A DNA stretch of 64,000 bases from assembly GCA_963823665.1 (NCBI GenBank), contig CAWGMQ010000012.1, positions 1 through 64,000 of the forward strand. Direction: 5' to 3'. The notes under the pieces were generated by a model. That model was not told where the DNA came from. It saw only the letters and a program-made list of their open reading frames with translations, and ran no database searches. A program made the position numbers and the translations under genes. Origin of the DNA: an uncultured Planctomycetota bacterium. Lineage in GTDB: Bacteria; Planctomycetota; Planctomycetia; Isosphaerales; Isosphaeraceae. Below, piece after piece: positions 34,197 through 45,860 of this stretch (position 1 is the stretch's first letter; each line of letters opens with the position of its first letter).

Positions 34197-35883
34197 CTAA
34201 GGAAGGATCCGCTGGCCGACCACGGTGTTGAGCGTCAGCATGCTCCGGCGATGCCGGACGGCCGAATCCAGGTAGGACTTGGCGGTGTCGTTGTACTTGC
34301 GCTGGGCGTCGAGAAAAGCAAACCGCGTCGCTTCGCCCTCGTCGAAGAGCCGCTCTCGCGCTCGCGATGCTCGCTCCAGTCCTGCGCAATACTTCGGTTC
34401 TCAGGGTGCGCGTGACGCGAAGGCTGACTGCGTATTCGGCCAGAGCTTGATGGACCTCGGTCATGACCTTGCGCTCTTGCGAATGGAGCTGAACACCGGA
34501 CTGGTTGACATTGATCCGAGCGCGCTCGATGTTTCCCTGGTTCCGGTTGAATATCGGGAAGGGCACCGTGAGCCCCACGGCCCAGGACGTTGCGCTCTCG
34601 GTGCGGTAAGGCGCGTTGTTCTGAAACGTGTAGGGCTGGTAGAGCAAATAGGCATCCGAAAAGCGATTGGCGAGCTGAAGCCGAACATTCGCTTCGGCCG
34701 CTTGAATCCCGAGTTGAAACCCCGCCAGATCAGGCCGGCACGAGAGGGCGATCTGGTACAACTCTTCCTTGGAGGGTGGCGGCGGCCCGCGATCGCCGAT
34801 CGTGCCCCGCAGGTCGATCTGCTCGGATTCCTCGGGCGAAAAGACCAAGAGCTCGCCGAGACTTCGCTTCTTCTGAAGCAGGAACTGCTCGGCATCGTCC
34901 AGCCCGGCCGCGGCGATGTCGCGCTCCGACCGCGCTGAATCGACGTCGGCACTGGTCGCATTGCTTCGCTTCAAGAGCGCCTCATTGGTTCGCACGTAAT
35001 CATCAAGCCCTAGCACGCTCGTTTTCACATATCTCACTACTTCGCGCGCGGCGAGCACGTCTACATAGGCGTTATAAAGGTTTTGAATCGCCAGCCGCAC
35101 TTCATCCTGATACTGGGCCTCCATGACCTGAAGCGCGCGGGCCGCGTAGGCCGTTCTCGCCTGCCGCTTGTGCGAGAAGTCAATCGGTTGAGAAATATTC
35201 ACATCATATTGGGTTGGGCCTCCGGGGCGGTGGATCGAGTCGCTGCCGTAAGGGACGAGCTGGCTGTCCGCGTAGAAAATCGGGTTGGGCGCAGACTGGC
35301 TGTCAAGACGTCGGCGCGGGCTTGCGGAATCTCCAGATACTTGGCTCGCAAATCGAGATTCCGGTGGACCAGGAGCTCGATCGCCTGGTCGAGAGTCAGC
35401 CCATTGGCAGGTCCCTCGTCGATCTCCTCTTTGGGTAATTCCAGCCTCCCGTAGAACGGTGCGCGAGGCAACGGATTTGGCTGGGGCGCGGCTGAACCCT
35501 GACGAGCCGGCGGCCCCTGGTAGACGCCCCCGGGCGTCGTGACCGCGGTCGGAACCCGCGGGAATGCAGTGCCGATCCGGCCCAGCAGCATGTCGTCTCG
35601 CCCAGGTTGCGTCCTGCCCACTCCACCCGCCGAGCCAGGCATCGGTCCCAAGAGCGAGTCCATCGAGCCAGGGCGTGAGTTAGTCGGCCCGGCTCCCCCG
35701 ATCATTCCCTGTTGCTCGATCGTTGGAGCCTGTGCCGCATGCCGATGGCGACCGCTCTGCTACAAACGTCCAAAGCACGAGACAGATGAGCCCCAATTCG
35801 CCGCGGCGAACCGCCATGGCTTGCAGCCCCTTCGTCTTATTGGTCAACCCAGCGTTCCCAGCCCGATACTCGTCCCGCTGCAA
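34197..35883 (-). CDS. TolC/CzcC family outer-membrane efflux protein (frameshifted; start uncertain)
   Basis: 'LTLDQAIELL...EIPQARADVLTASLR', 'RPDL', 'VPFPIFNRNQGNI.RA'. Confidence 0.85.
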
Positions 35884-36206
35884 TCACTCAGTGCGTCCGC
35901 TGTGCGATCTGTTTGCTCTTTGTGGCGACTTTATCGGCTTGATCCACAAGTCGAGTTGAACGGAATTTACGCAAGTCACGCATTTTCACTATATTCGCTA
36001 CAATCGTACCAACCGATAAAGTTTTCCCAGATTTGTTGACACTCCGTGCAGCGCGAGACGATGTGTCTTGGAAAGAACGGGGGCAGGGGAGAATCGAGTG
36101 CAACGGCATTTCGGACGCGACTTCGATCTGTCGCATCGCCGTTGGTTCGCGTTACGATGCCGGATTGGAGACGACGCGTAAGGATAATCGGGGGAGAGCA
36201 AAGGCG

Positions 36207-37515
36207 ATGAGCACGATCGAAAAAAGCGGCTCGGCAATAGCTGTTGGAATGACGCGGCGCGATTTCCTCCGGGCGGGAAGCCTCGGGATTGGGTCATTGG
36301 GTTTCAGCCAGTTTGGGCTGCTGGGCGCAACGAATGGCGCGGCTGATCGTTCGGTCATTCTGCTGCTGTTGGTCGGTGGGCCCAGTCAGTTGGAGACCTG
36401 GGATCCGAAGCCGGACTGCGCCAAGCGACGTCAGAGGTCCATTTCGGTCGATCGCGACGACGTGCCCGGGAGTGCGAGTCTGCGAGCATTTGCCGCGGTT
36501 GGCCGCGAGGATGGACCAGATCGCTCTCGTTCGATCGGTCCATCACGATGAAGCCCCCATTCACGAGACCGGCCACCAGTTGCTCCAGACGGGCAGGCTT
36601 TGCCAGGAAGCTGACGAAGCGCCTCATTTCGGCTCGATGGTCGCTCGGCTCAAGGCAACGCGATCGGGACAGCCAGTCTCGGTGATTCTCCCTCGCCCGA
36701 TCGCCAGCACCGGTGTTCCGATTCCCCATGGCCAGTCGTCCGGTTGGCTAGGCAGAGTGCGACGACTCGTTCGTGCTCGACGCCAATCCCGGGTCCCCGG
36801 ATTTCGATCCGAAATCCGCTCTGGATCGCGCATCGGCATTTGTTGACGAGGCCGCGAGCGGTCGTCCACCGCGAGCAGCGGCCCTGACCCAGACGAGCGA
36901 ATCCGTTTTGGTTCCGAGAGTTCGCAATGCCTTTGACCTGGGCGATGAGCCGAGCCAAACTCGCGAAGCTTACGGACGATCGACGTTCGGCCAGAGTTGT
37001 CTCCTGGCGCGGCGGTTGGTCGAGGCGGGGGTGCGCGTCGTCACGGTCAACATGTATGCCACCGTTTTCAACCAGGTCACCTGGGACTGCCATGGGTCAG
37101 GGCCATTCAGCACGCTGGACGACTACGCGCGCGAGGTGCTTCCCACCTTCGATCAGGCGTTTTCGGCGCTGATCGACGAACTCGACCGCTGCGGCCGGCT
37201 CGATTCGACGCTGATCGTCGCGGCGGGAGAGTTTGGCCGCACGCCGCGGCTCAATGCGTCGGGCGGCGAGCGACCACTGGCCGGGGGTCTGGAGCATCGC
37301 CCTGGCGGGCGGCGGCGTTCGCGGCGGCCAGGTGATCGGAGCCAGCGACTCCCATGGCGGTGCGCCTGCCCGAGCGCCCCGTCTCGCCGCAGGACTTACT
37401 CTCAACGATCTATCACAGCTTGGGTATCGACAGCGCTCAATACGTCAGCGGAAGCGACGGCGGGTCAACGCCGATCGTCGAGAATGGACGACCAATTCAC
37501 GAACTCTTCGTGTAA
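36207..37515 (+). CDS. DUF1501 domain protein with Tat signal (frameshifted)
   Basis: 'TRRDFLRAG', 'GGPSQLETWDPKP', 'FGQSCLLARRLVEAGVR', 'GEFGRTP'. Confidence 0.9.
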
Positions 37516-37714
37516 GATTCGGTGGGTCGCAGTAACTTGGGGTTGGATCGCCTGGGCTTGTTCACACGCCGATTCCCAGACGATCACGGCGACGCGGGCA
37601 CGACCCGACAGATCGGCGAATTCGGCAGCCCTTGTGTGCGCCTCGTTCGAACCGGACAAGCTACCGGAAGGGCGCCTCGGTCCTTTGCCGACAGCGCTCC
37701 CTGCCGAGGTTTTT

Positions 37715-37950
37715 CTCCTGCGCGAATCAGGTCGGCTATAGAGCCAAGGAGACCAAGTTCGCCGTCGCCTTCTCGGTGTCGCCACTGCCCGGGAAGTTTT
37801 CCGTGGTGGCCGCCGAGTCCGGCAAACCGGCCTTCGAAGACAAGCCCGTTCTGCTCTTCGGTGGACGCTGGGGGAAATTCGACAATCATGCCGAGCTCGA
37901 TTTCACCGAGGTTACGCAGCCGGGCCGCTACCTGCTGCGGATCGGTGAGA
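37715..37950 (+). pseudogene. Fragment resembling the N-terminal Ig-like domain of GH9 cellulases
   Basis: 'NQVGYRAKETKFAVAF...AELDFTEVTQPGRYLLRIG' with no catalytic domain following. Confidence 0.55.
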
Positions 37951-38230
37951 TGTTCACGGAGGTAGGTGGTGTGTTCCCCAAGGACGCACACCTGCAAACG
38001 ACGAAGCTCACGGTGCAATTTGTGTGCGGTGGCCTGGTGGATGGCCCCGTCTCGTCTATGCACGCATCTTCCGCTTTAGCTCGGCGTCTCGATCACTCAA
38101 CCGGACCCGTTCGCGGCTTTTCAGGACGAGCGCGCGGTTTATCACGACGACATCAAGAATTATGTGATCAACGAACCGACCATGGATGGCACGGCGGCCG
38201 CGATAATCATGTGGGTGGCAAGACCGTGAT

Positions 38231-39825
38231 TCACTCCGGCCGGAGGACCCGGAAGCTCTCGAATGTGACGACGAATGGCTGGCGTGACGAGCTGATCGCA
38301 GCGACGCCCAGCTTGAGCTTCGCAGGTAACTTGATAATGCGCGGCGGAAAGGCGCGCCAAGCCATGCCGTCGATGCTGACCTGCGCGCTGAATTGATCGC
38401 CATGACGTTCCAGGTGCAGCAGGGTTGGTTCGTCAGGGAGCTGATGGCCGCCCTCCGGCGGTATGAGCCGGCCGTCGCGACGTTCTTGAAAAAGGGAGTA
38501 CGGAATCAACTGGCCGTTCCGGACGATCGCGGCGCGTTCCAGCCGGAGGTAGTTACCCTCGTCACTCCATAGCAACAGCCCCGCACCGACGAACGGGAAA
38601 ACCCTGGGATTGGCCGACGGCCCGCCGGGCTTGAGTGTGCCCCCTACTTTGAGATCAGCGATGAAGTCTCCCTCGATTTGCGCAACACTCGCGGCGCATT
38701 GAGGGTCTTTGCCTCGGCCTCGAGACCGTGCCCTTTCCGTGGCGCTGCCGGTGCGGGTACCTTGATCGTGAGCCGGCCGTCGGCCAAGTTGAACTCGCAA
38801 TCGCCATCAGGATCGATCGGCTCGCCCCATCCCTTCAAGATGCCGCGCGAGGAGACGGCCCTCTTCTGAGTCTCGGCGACTTCGGGAGCGGGAGCGACGG
38901 CCACAATGGCGAGGGCTGGACTATCCCCGGCCGATGCCTTCCCTACCGACGCATAGGACACTGCGACTGCCCCGCCCGTCGCCAGACCGGTTGCAAGCAG
39001 GGACAGGCCGATCCATTTGAGCTGGGTGAGCTTCATGGTCGTGAGAACTCCCTCAGTGAGAGCGAGCACCGGCGCCGCTGCGGTGTCCACCTGACTCGTC
39101 GTGGCCGAGCTCCATCGAACCACCGTGTCGACGGTCGCAGAAACCAGCGACGGCGGCACGACCTCGATGCAATCCCCGGCCGGTACGCTCGGCCGGCGCC
39201 GAAGAACGCAGCCGTCGGTACGTATCCCTGTCGCGTCAGGCGTTTCTTGAGCAAGTCGCGTCCTCGAGCCAGGCGGCTGCGGCACGGTACCGACGGGGCA
39301 CGAAAGTTCCCCGGCCGCTTCGTCGTGGGTCCGCCCTTCGAGGTAGCACAATATCAGTGGCGCCCGATACCTTTCGGGCAACCGGTTCAACTCCTGTTCG
39401 AGCGCCGCGGCCGCCTCGCGGTCTTCCGAGGAATTGCTCGCTCCAAGAGCCTCGGGAGTCGCGACGAGCAGCTCGCAGTTCCGACGGCGCAGCGCACGCG
39501 CCCGTGCGTGCCGTGCGATTCGGAAAGCCACTCGGTAGAGCCATGTCGCCACAAAGGTTCGGTCGCGGATCGCCCGGCCCGTACGAGCCAGCGTCAAGAA
39601 CGTTGCCTGAAAGGTGTCTTCAACATCCCGTGGGTCGCGGAGCATCCGCCGGCACAAACCCAGCACCATCGGACCGTGCCGATCAACCAAGACCGCGAAC
39701 GCCGTCTCGTCGCCGTTCGTCAGGTAGTGCTCGAGAAGCTGTCCGTCTGCCAGACCGCCCAGCGTCCCGTCGCTAAACAGTTGACGAACTTGCCGCAAGA
39801 CAATCCCCCGCCCGGCGCACGACAT
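38231..39825 (-). CDS. ECF sigma-70 factor with TM helix and C-terminal DUF1349/lectin-like beta-sandwich (frameshifted)
   Basis: 'DETAFAVLVDRHGPMVLGLCRR', 'EDTFQATF', 'LPERYRAPLILCYLEG', then a TM segment and 'WGEPIDPDGDC...NAPRV...GDF...AGLLLW'. Confidence 0.85.
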
Positions 39826-40145
39826 CAGTTCTCCTCCTCGAATCAGATGCCCGATTACCTATGTTAGTGTGCGTGGAGCCCAAACCAATCCATGAATTTG
39901 ACAGACATCCGTTTTTTCGGTGGATTGCGAGGGCAATCGTGGAAGAGCAGGACAGACAGGTAGTCTAGAATGAATTCTGGATCTGGGCCCAATGCCATGA
40001 TCCGCTCCGCACGGCGTCGCAATGTTCCGTGAAGCAAGCTCGCCATGGGCGCCATTCTCCGGCGCGGCCCAGGTCCGCCAGGACTGCCCGTGGAGGTCAA
40101 GGTCCGTCAGAGCGACCTCTGTCGTGGAACTGACCAAAGCGCGAG

Positions 40146-41921
40146 TCACCTCGCCGCTGCCTGATCGCCCGCTCGCTTGTATCCCGGTGCGGCGATGATG
40201 GTGCGCAGCAACTTCCCATCTGCCAAATTCCATAGCCGGACTTCACCATCCCAGCTTCCCGACGCCGCGGTCTTGCTGTCGCGCGAGATGGCCAGGGAAT
40301 AGACCCAATCCTGATGGCCCGCCAATTTGCGCACCTGAGAACCTTTGTCGGTGAAGACAGCAACATTTTTATCGGCCCCACATGCCAGCAGGTTTTTTCC
40401 GTCCGGCGTGTAGCGCAGCTTGAAAACCGTACCGCCGAAACCGGCGATTTCGCGGATTGCCTTGGCCTCATTGTCGGGGTTCCAGATTCGGATACGGTTA
40501 TCCTCTCCGCCGGTGGCAATCCCTTTGCCGTCAGGGGTAAACGAAATCGTGTAAACCGGCGCGCCGTGACCCGGAAAAGTCACGATTGCTTCCTTCTTCT
40601 CCACGTCGAAGACCTTGGCCGTCTTGTCGCGGCTCGCCGTCGCCACTCGTTTGCCATCGGGGCTGAACGCGACTCCAAGCACCCAGTCGGCGTGATCTTC
40701 GACCTGAAATTGCAGCTTGCCGGTCTCGACTTCGAAGACGCGCAAAGTCCGATCGGCTCCCGCGGTGGCGATCTTCTTGCTGTCCGGGCTGAATGCGACG
40801 GCAAAGACTACGTCCTGGGTTTCGACCAGGTCAGAAACCGGCTTGAGCTCTCCTTTCGGCTCGGGCTGCCAGAGCCGGACGACGCCGAAGACTCCCGGGT
40901 CGCCGCTGGCGGTAGCCAGCCATTTGCCGTCGGGGCTGGTGGCAATATCGTAGACCCGCTCGGCCAGACCGCTCTGCCTGCGCACCAGCTTGCCAAGGGC
41001 GGTGTTCCAGAACGTGATTTCGTGATAGCCCGACGCCGCCAGAGTCGTGCCGTCCCGGCTGAATTCGAGGGCCGTGATCGGCACTGTCGCCGGATACTCC
41101 TGGGGGATCGTGACTTTTCGCGTCTTTCGCAAGACGATCGTCCAGTCGCCGGTGGGCGAGCCGCCGTCATATTTGGCTCCCTCTGCAACCCACCGCTCGA
41201 TGATCGCGATTTTTTCGGACGTCAGTGGATCTTGCTTATACGGCATGCGGGGCTGACCATCCGGGCGGATCAGCTCGACCAGATTGCTCTCGTCGGGTTT
41301 GCCCGGCTCGAGCGTGGTACCCTCGCCCTGCTGACCACCCTTGGCGAGCTGGGCAAACGTCGTCATGACATACTTGCTCTCGGTTTTCCGCGGATTGTGG
41401 CAGGCAATGCAGCTTTCGACCAGGATGGGTGCGACGTCGTGAATGAAACTCACGGCCTTGCCGGCAGGCGGTTTTGTGGCCACCGCGGGTAGGGTGGCAG
41501 ACTTGGCTTGAGCTGTCACGCCCTTGGGCGCGGCCGGCGACGCCTTCGCTTCGGCTGCGGGCGCCGATTCTGGCTTCGCGGATGGTCTCGTCGTCTTGCC
41601 AGACGCATTCGCCGTCTTGGCGGGGATCTCCGCGGTTTTGCTGGGCGCGTTCGTGGATTTCGGGGGCGCGTCCTTGGCCTTGGTCGGCTTCGCGGGCTCT
41701 TTGCTCTGCTCGGATCCGGTCCGCGCCGGGTCCTTCGACTCGCCCTTCGCTTGCACCCCGCTAGATCCGGGACGCTGGCCCTCTTGGTCTGCCTGGCCCT
41801 GGTGGGTCACGGCCAAAAATCCGACTACCAAGCTCAGCCGGAGGAAAAAGCCCGGCGAGACAGAGCGGAGCGTGTTTCGAGACATTCGCGGAATTCTCCG
41901 TGCCACGGCAATCAGTCGCAT
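40146..41921 (-). CDS. Planctomycete cytochrome c domain plus WD40 repeat protein
   Basis: 'VSFIHDVAPILVESCIACH', 'RMP...WVAEGA' and multiple 'AFSPDG' WD40 repeats. Confidence 0.9.
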   Translation of the reverse strand: MRLIAVARRIPRMSRNTLRSVSPGFFLRLSLVVGFLAVTHQGQADQEGQRPGSSGVQAKGESKDPARTGSEQSKEPAKPTKAKDAPPKSTNAPSKTAEIPAKTANASGKTTRPSAKPESAPAAEAKASPAAPKGVTAQAKSATLPAVATKPPAGKAVSFIHDVAPILVESCIACHNPRKTESKYVMTTFAQLAKGGQQGEGTTLEPGKPDESNLVELIRPDGQPRMPYKQDPLTSEKIAIIERWVAEGAKYDGGSPTGDWTIVLRKTRKVTIPQEYPATVPITALEFSRDGTTLAASGYHEITFWNTALGKLVRRQSGLAERVYDIATSPDGKWLATASGDPGVFGVVRLWQPEPKGELKPVSDLVETQDVVFAVAFSPDSKKIATAGADRTLRVFEVETGKLQFQVEDHADWVLGVAFSPDGKRVATASRDKTAKVFDVEKKEAIVTFPGHGAPVYTISFTPDGKGIATGGEDNRIRIWNPDNEAKAIREIAGFGGTVFKLRYTPDGKNLLACGADKNVAVFTDKGSQVRKLAGHQDWVYSLAISRDSKTAASGSWDGEVRLWNLADGKLLRTIIAAPGYKRAGDQAAAR

Positions 41922-41930
41922 CCCTTTATC

Positions 41931-44297
41931 CTACTTGATCGGCGCGATCTTCACAGCGAGGGGAGTCGTCGGAACCGGGTAGTCCTTCTTGTTAACCTGG
42001 AAGACCAGTGCGAGCTGCGTGTTGGCGGATGTGGGTGCGGCTTTGGGCTCGGCAGCGACTTTCAAGGCGAAGACCGTCGCCGCGCCAGTGAGCGTGACCG
42101 GATTGGCCTTCACTCCGGCCGGCAGCCCATTGATCCGCACGGTCACCGGTCCGTCAAACGATCCCTTGCGGACGAGCTTTCCTTTGAGCTCGATCGTCGA
42201 GCCCGGCTTGACCTCGACGCCGGCAGAGGCCAGCTCGACCGAGACCGGATGGACGACGTTAAGGGTCACGACGGGCACAGAGATGGTTCGGTCCGCACCG
42301 CCGAGTTTGCTCTTGGCTTCTAGCGCTAGCGTCATGCTCCCAATCGAAGTCTCCAGTGGAGCGTTCACCGTCACGCTTCCCTCGACACCCTTGGCGGCGA
42401 TCGTTGCATTGGCGACGGTCACTCCGGGAGGCAAGCTCAAGCCGGAGATCGCGATCGCCGCATCAGCGCCCTTGCTGCGAGCGACCTTGACCGGGATCTT
42501 CGCGCTGAAACCATGGGCGACTTCGATCGGATCCGAAGGGGTGTCGAGCACCACAGGTGTGGGACGGGCGGGTGCGATGACGAGCCCGTGCTGGGTGAGC
42601 GTTCCGGCCGGCGGAGTGGCCGCGGGGGTGAACACCACCAACCGTGACGCGAGCCGTTCAAACGGGCCGTCTGTCCGCTGGCCCCGCCCGATCAGTCGGA
42701 TCGGAGCGGCCGGAAACTTGGCGTCGGCGCTCGCCGCGAGCGTGATCACCCCGGTCGTCTGGCCGGCTGCGATGCTTCCCGGCCGAACCATGAGACCAGC
42801 GGGCGGCTCGGCGACGGTCAAGGTGATCGGCCCGCTGTAGCCCTTGCGCCGAACCGTCGCTAAGGCGGTCGCGAAGCCACCGCGCGGGACGCTCACCTGG
42901 GGCTCGCTCATGAGGAGCTCGAAATCGGGCAGGATCGGCTCGACCACGATCCGGTAGGGGAAGCCCACTCCTCCTCGCCGTTCGAGGTCGCGAATTAGCA
43001 GCGTGATCTCGGTGGTACCGCCCGGAATCGTCAAGTCGATTGAAGGATCGGGGAAGACGATCGGCGGGGTCGGCTGACCATTTTTGGGGGGCTGGGGGAT
43101 CGTCGTATCATCGGCATTGGCCAGAACACTGCCTCCTTTGCCGAGGACCGAAACGACGGGGTCGAGATTCGAGCCGAGGTCCGCGGCCTGTACCGTGATC
43201 CGCAGCCGCTCGCCCGGCGTTACGACCACGGTAAACCGATCGTCGTCGCCCGGAGGATCGAGCCGGCCGTTGAACACGACCGGTGCAACGGCGCGGTCGG
43301 GCTGATCGGCGCGAGCGGCTGGCTCGCGCAGCTCGGGATAACGCGAGGCAACCAGGTTCGGGAGCGATTCCACGTCATAGTTTGGCTCACCAGTGCGAAC
43401 GCCGCCCAACATTCCGGTCGTGATCCGGGGCGGGAATAGCTCGGTGCCCGGCAGGGGGATCACGGACGTCGCGGCGATCTTCACGCCGGTGAGCGAGCCT
43501 CCCCGAAGCTCAACACCCAGCGTCTCGCCTGTTCTGCCTCCCAGTGGATAGACCTCCTCGGCCATCGGCAGATCGCCGATTACGAGTCGATAACCCGGCC
43601 GGCTCGCTCCCTGGTAGCGCGAGTCGGAGATTTCGACGACGTAATCGGTATCCTCGGGCAAGATAGCAACGAGCCGCGCGTCGGTCACGAGTCCAGGCGA
43701 GTCGTCGGCCGAAGCGATATAGGTCTGCGTGGCCGACGCCTTCGTCAAACGAATGGTCGGATCGATTGCCGAGCCGAGCCTAGCGCATTGCGCGTCGATT
43801 ATGATTTTTTGCCCCCGCTTGCCGTGAAATCGAAAGAAATCGACGTCGTTGGCGGCGACTTGACCCTCCACAACAAGCGGCGGGTTGGGAATCGGCTGGG
43901 CCGATTCAAAAACGCTGTTCTCTTCCTTCTCGCCGACCTGGGGCAGTTGACCGACCGCGAAAAGGAATGGGTTGGAGATCCCATCGTCGGTCTGAACCCG
44001 GATCGGATAAACGCCCACTGCGACGTCAGCCGCAATCGTCAACCTGGTCTTCCAATTGGCTGCGGTCTGGCCCGCCGGCGGCGATTCGATCTTGAACGGA
44101 AATGGTGCGATCAGCCGAGGATTTCCCGCAAGGTCCGAGCCGGTGATTGATAGCTCCGTGGCTACACCGCGCTGTGCGCCATAAGGCGCGATCTCGCCAA
44201 TCTTCGGAGGGGTTGCGAAACACTGGCTCGAGCACGCGGTCAAAGCGATTATTGCCAGCGCGAGCGCGGCTGGCATCGAGCGGCGGGAAAAATGCAT
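41931..44297 (-). CDS. Pre-peptidase C-terminal (PPC) domain-containing secreted protein
   Basis: 'PYGAQRG', 'GISNPFLFAVG', 'NDVDFFRFHGKRGQ', 'GRLDPPGDDDRF'; 788-aa intact ORF. Confidence 0.82.
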   Translation of the reverse strand: MHFSRRSMPAALALAIIALTACSSQCFATPPKIGEIAPYGAQRGVATELSITGSDLAGNPRLIAPFPFKIESPPAGQTAANWKTRLTIAADVAVGVYPIRVQTDDGISNPFLFAVGQLPQVGEKEENSVFESAQPIPNPPLVVEGQVAANDVDFFRFHGKRGQKIIIDAQCARLGSAIDPTIRLTKASATQTYIASADDSPGLVTDARLVAILPEDTDYVVEISDSRYQGASRPGYRLVIGDLPMAEEVYPLGGRTGETLGVELRGGSLTGVKIAATSVIPLPGTELFPPRITTGMLGGVRTGEPNYDVESLPNLVASRYPELREPAARADQPDRAVAPVVFNGRLDPPGDDDRFTVVVTPGERLRITVQAADLGSNLDPVVSVLGKGGSVLANADDTTIPQPPKNGQPTPPIVFPDPSIDLTIPGGTTEITLLIRDLERRGGVGFPYRIVVEPILPDFELLMSEPQVSVPRGGFATALATVRRKGYSGPITLTVAEPPAGLMVRPGSIAAGQTTGVITLAASADAKFPAAPIRLIGRGQRTDGPFERLASRLVVFTPAATPPAGTLTQHGLVIAPARPTPVVLDTPSDPIEVAHGFSAKIPVKVARSKGADAAIAISGLSLPPGVTVANATIAAKGVEGSVTVNAPLETSIGSMTLALEAKSKLGGADRTISVPVVTLNVVHPVSVELASAGVEVKPGSTIELKGKLVRKGSFDGPVTVRINGLPAGVKANPVTLTGAATVFALKVAAEPKAAPTSANTQLALVFQVNKKDYPVPTTPLAVKIAPIK

Positions 44298-44445
44298 GGG
44301 AAAGCACTCACGGCGGGCATGAGGTCGTAGGCGGGGTGCCGTCTTGTTCTAACGTAAATTCAACGTCCCACGAACGCCGTGCTTTGTCAAGGATTTGAGC
44401 GAGCGGGACGGGCGGGCGCGCTCGACAGAGCGCGCATAAGAAAGC

Positions 44446-44832
44446 TCAGCGATGGGCCGCGGTTCGTTCCTTCCAAGCTGCCAACGCCGCTTCGAGCAGT
44501 TGCTTCAACCCAGGGTTTGCGACGTCGTCTACACTGCGGAGCTGCACATGGCGGTGAACCTTGCCGCTTCCCTGTAGCAACCCATGAGGATCCGGCAGCT
44601 CAGTGCCGCGCGCGATCCCAACTTTGACGCCAGTCTTGCTCATGAGCAGCGTGCAGATCGTGTCCTTGTATCCCGGTCCGTAACCGTAACCGAGGAGCCG
44701 CGCCGATCGATCGACCGTTTCGATCGCATTCGGCACTGTCTGCCCGACAAGCTGACGCGCTGCTCGCGCGATCTCTTTCACAGCCAGTGGATAGAGGGCC
44801 AGAAACGCGTGAACATCTGGTGGGATCGGCAT
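44446..44832 (-). CDS. DUF1801 domain protein
   Basis: 'GIARGTELPDPHGLLQGSGKVHRHV'. Confidence 0.8.
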   Translation of the reverse strand: MPIPPDVHAFLALYPLAVKEIARAARQLVGQTVPNAIETVDRSARLLGYGYGPGYKDTICTLLMSKTGVKVGIARGTELPDPHGLLQGSGKVHRHVQLRSVDDVANPGLKQLLEAALAAWKERTAAHR

Positions 44833-44977
44833 TTTGCTTCTCCTCGTTGCCGCATCGGCGCATCGGCATATGACGCGCACCGATCCTGCCTTTTCAGCCC
44901 GGCGCGTCAGTGACGGGGGAGTTAAACCAGCCTCTTGCACCCCCGGCACCCTAGTATCGTCAGACGGCCCGCTCCCT

Positions 44978-45580
44978 TCAACTCCCCGCCACCTCTTTCC
45001 ATCGCTTGTCCCATTCCCACATTTGAAGCGCCTGTTCCGGCGTTAGCGGCGCGCCGAGTTGACTTGCCCAGTGGCAGATCTGGCCCCGGTGGTGGGCATC
45101 GTGGGTGATCGCGCCGCAGACGAGGGCGACGACATCCGGACGAAGGTCGGGCACGTGGCCACCGCCTTCGATCGAGTGTTTGATCAAGCGTACCATTGCG
45201 GCCGCGCTCGTCGCGAGCGCCTCCTTGGCGTCTTCGGGTGTGACCTCCGCGCGGTCGAGTCTGGCCGGCGGATTCTCGCTCCGGAGTGACATGGCAAGCC
45301 GCATGCAGCGCACGTTATGCATGTGGGCAAACGTCGTGGCGATGTTGCGTCGTTTGGAGCAAGGGGGCTGGGCGCGCCAGATCTTGGGGTCGAGAGCGGC
45401 GATCAGGACCTGGTTGATGCGCTCATTGGTCAGGTAAGCCTCGACCAAAGCACGTCCCAAGTTGACCGGCTCGCGCCGGTTTCGTGCCGCGGCGTTGCTC
45501 GGCGGCTTGAGCGGCAATTTCTTCGTCGACTTTACCGGGTCGGGAGATTTTTTGCCGTCTGTTGCGTTGCTCTTGGGCAT
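44978..45580 (-). CDS. DinB family protein
   Basis: 'FAHMHNVR' and 'THDAHHRGQI'. Confidence 0.85.
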   Translation of the reverse strand: MPKSNATDGKKSPDPVKSTKKLPLKPPSNAAARNRREPVNLGRALVEAYLTNERINQVLIAALDPKIWRAQPPCSKRRNIATTFAHMHNVRCMRLAMSLRSENPPARLDRAEVTPEDAKEALATSAAAMVRLIKHSIEGGGHVPDLRPDVVALVCGAITHDAHHRGQICHWASQLGAPLTPEQALQMWEWDKRWKEVAGS

Positions 45581-45670
45581 GTGCGATCTCCGCAAGTGGC
45601 CGACCTGACTTTGAATGTTTCCAGGTGAATGCAATAATCGAACGGTCTGAAGCCATTGCAGGAGACCACC

Positions 45671-45860
45671 ATGCCCGCGGCATCAGTGTCAACACCCTTG
45701 CTGACTGCCGAACATTTCGCCGAGCGGCCCGATTCGGGCTACCCCGAGGAGCTTGTCCGGGAATGGATCGTCGCCATGCCTCAGCCGAAGCCCCGTCACG
45801 GCGAGATTTGGAGCAAAGCCGATCGAATCCTCGGCGTCTATGTCGAGGAGCGGGACATCA
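45671..45860 (+). pseudogene. Truncated Uma2 family endonuclease (N-terminus only)
   Basis: 'LLTAEHFAERPDSGYPEELV...MPQPKPRHG'; similarity stops where the convergent FG-GAP gene ends. Confidence 0.7.

Noticed and set aside
32000..35883. SCO-ArsR-TolC as a metal-resistance operon
   Set aside because: The genes are separated by long gaps, TolC is convergent, and there is no RND, MFP or P-type ATPase partner.
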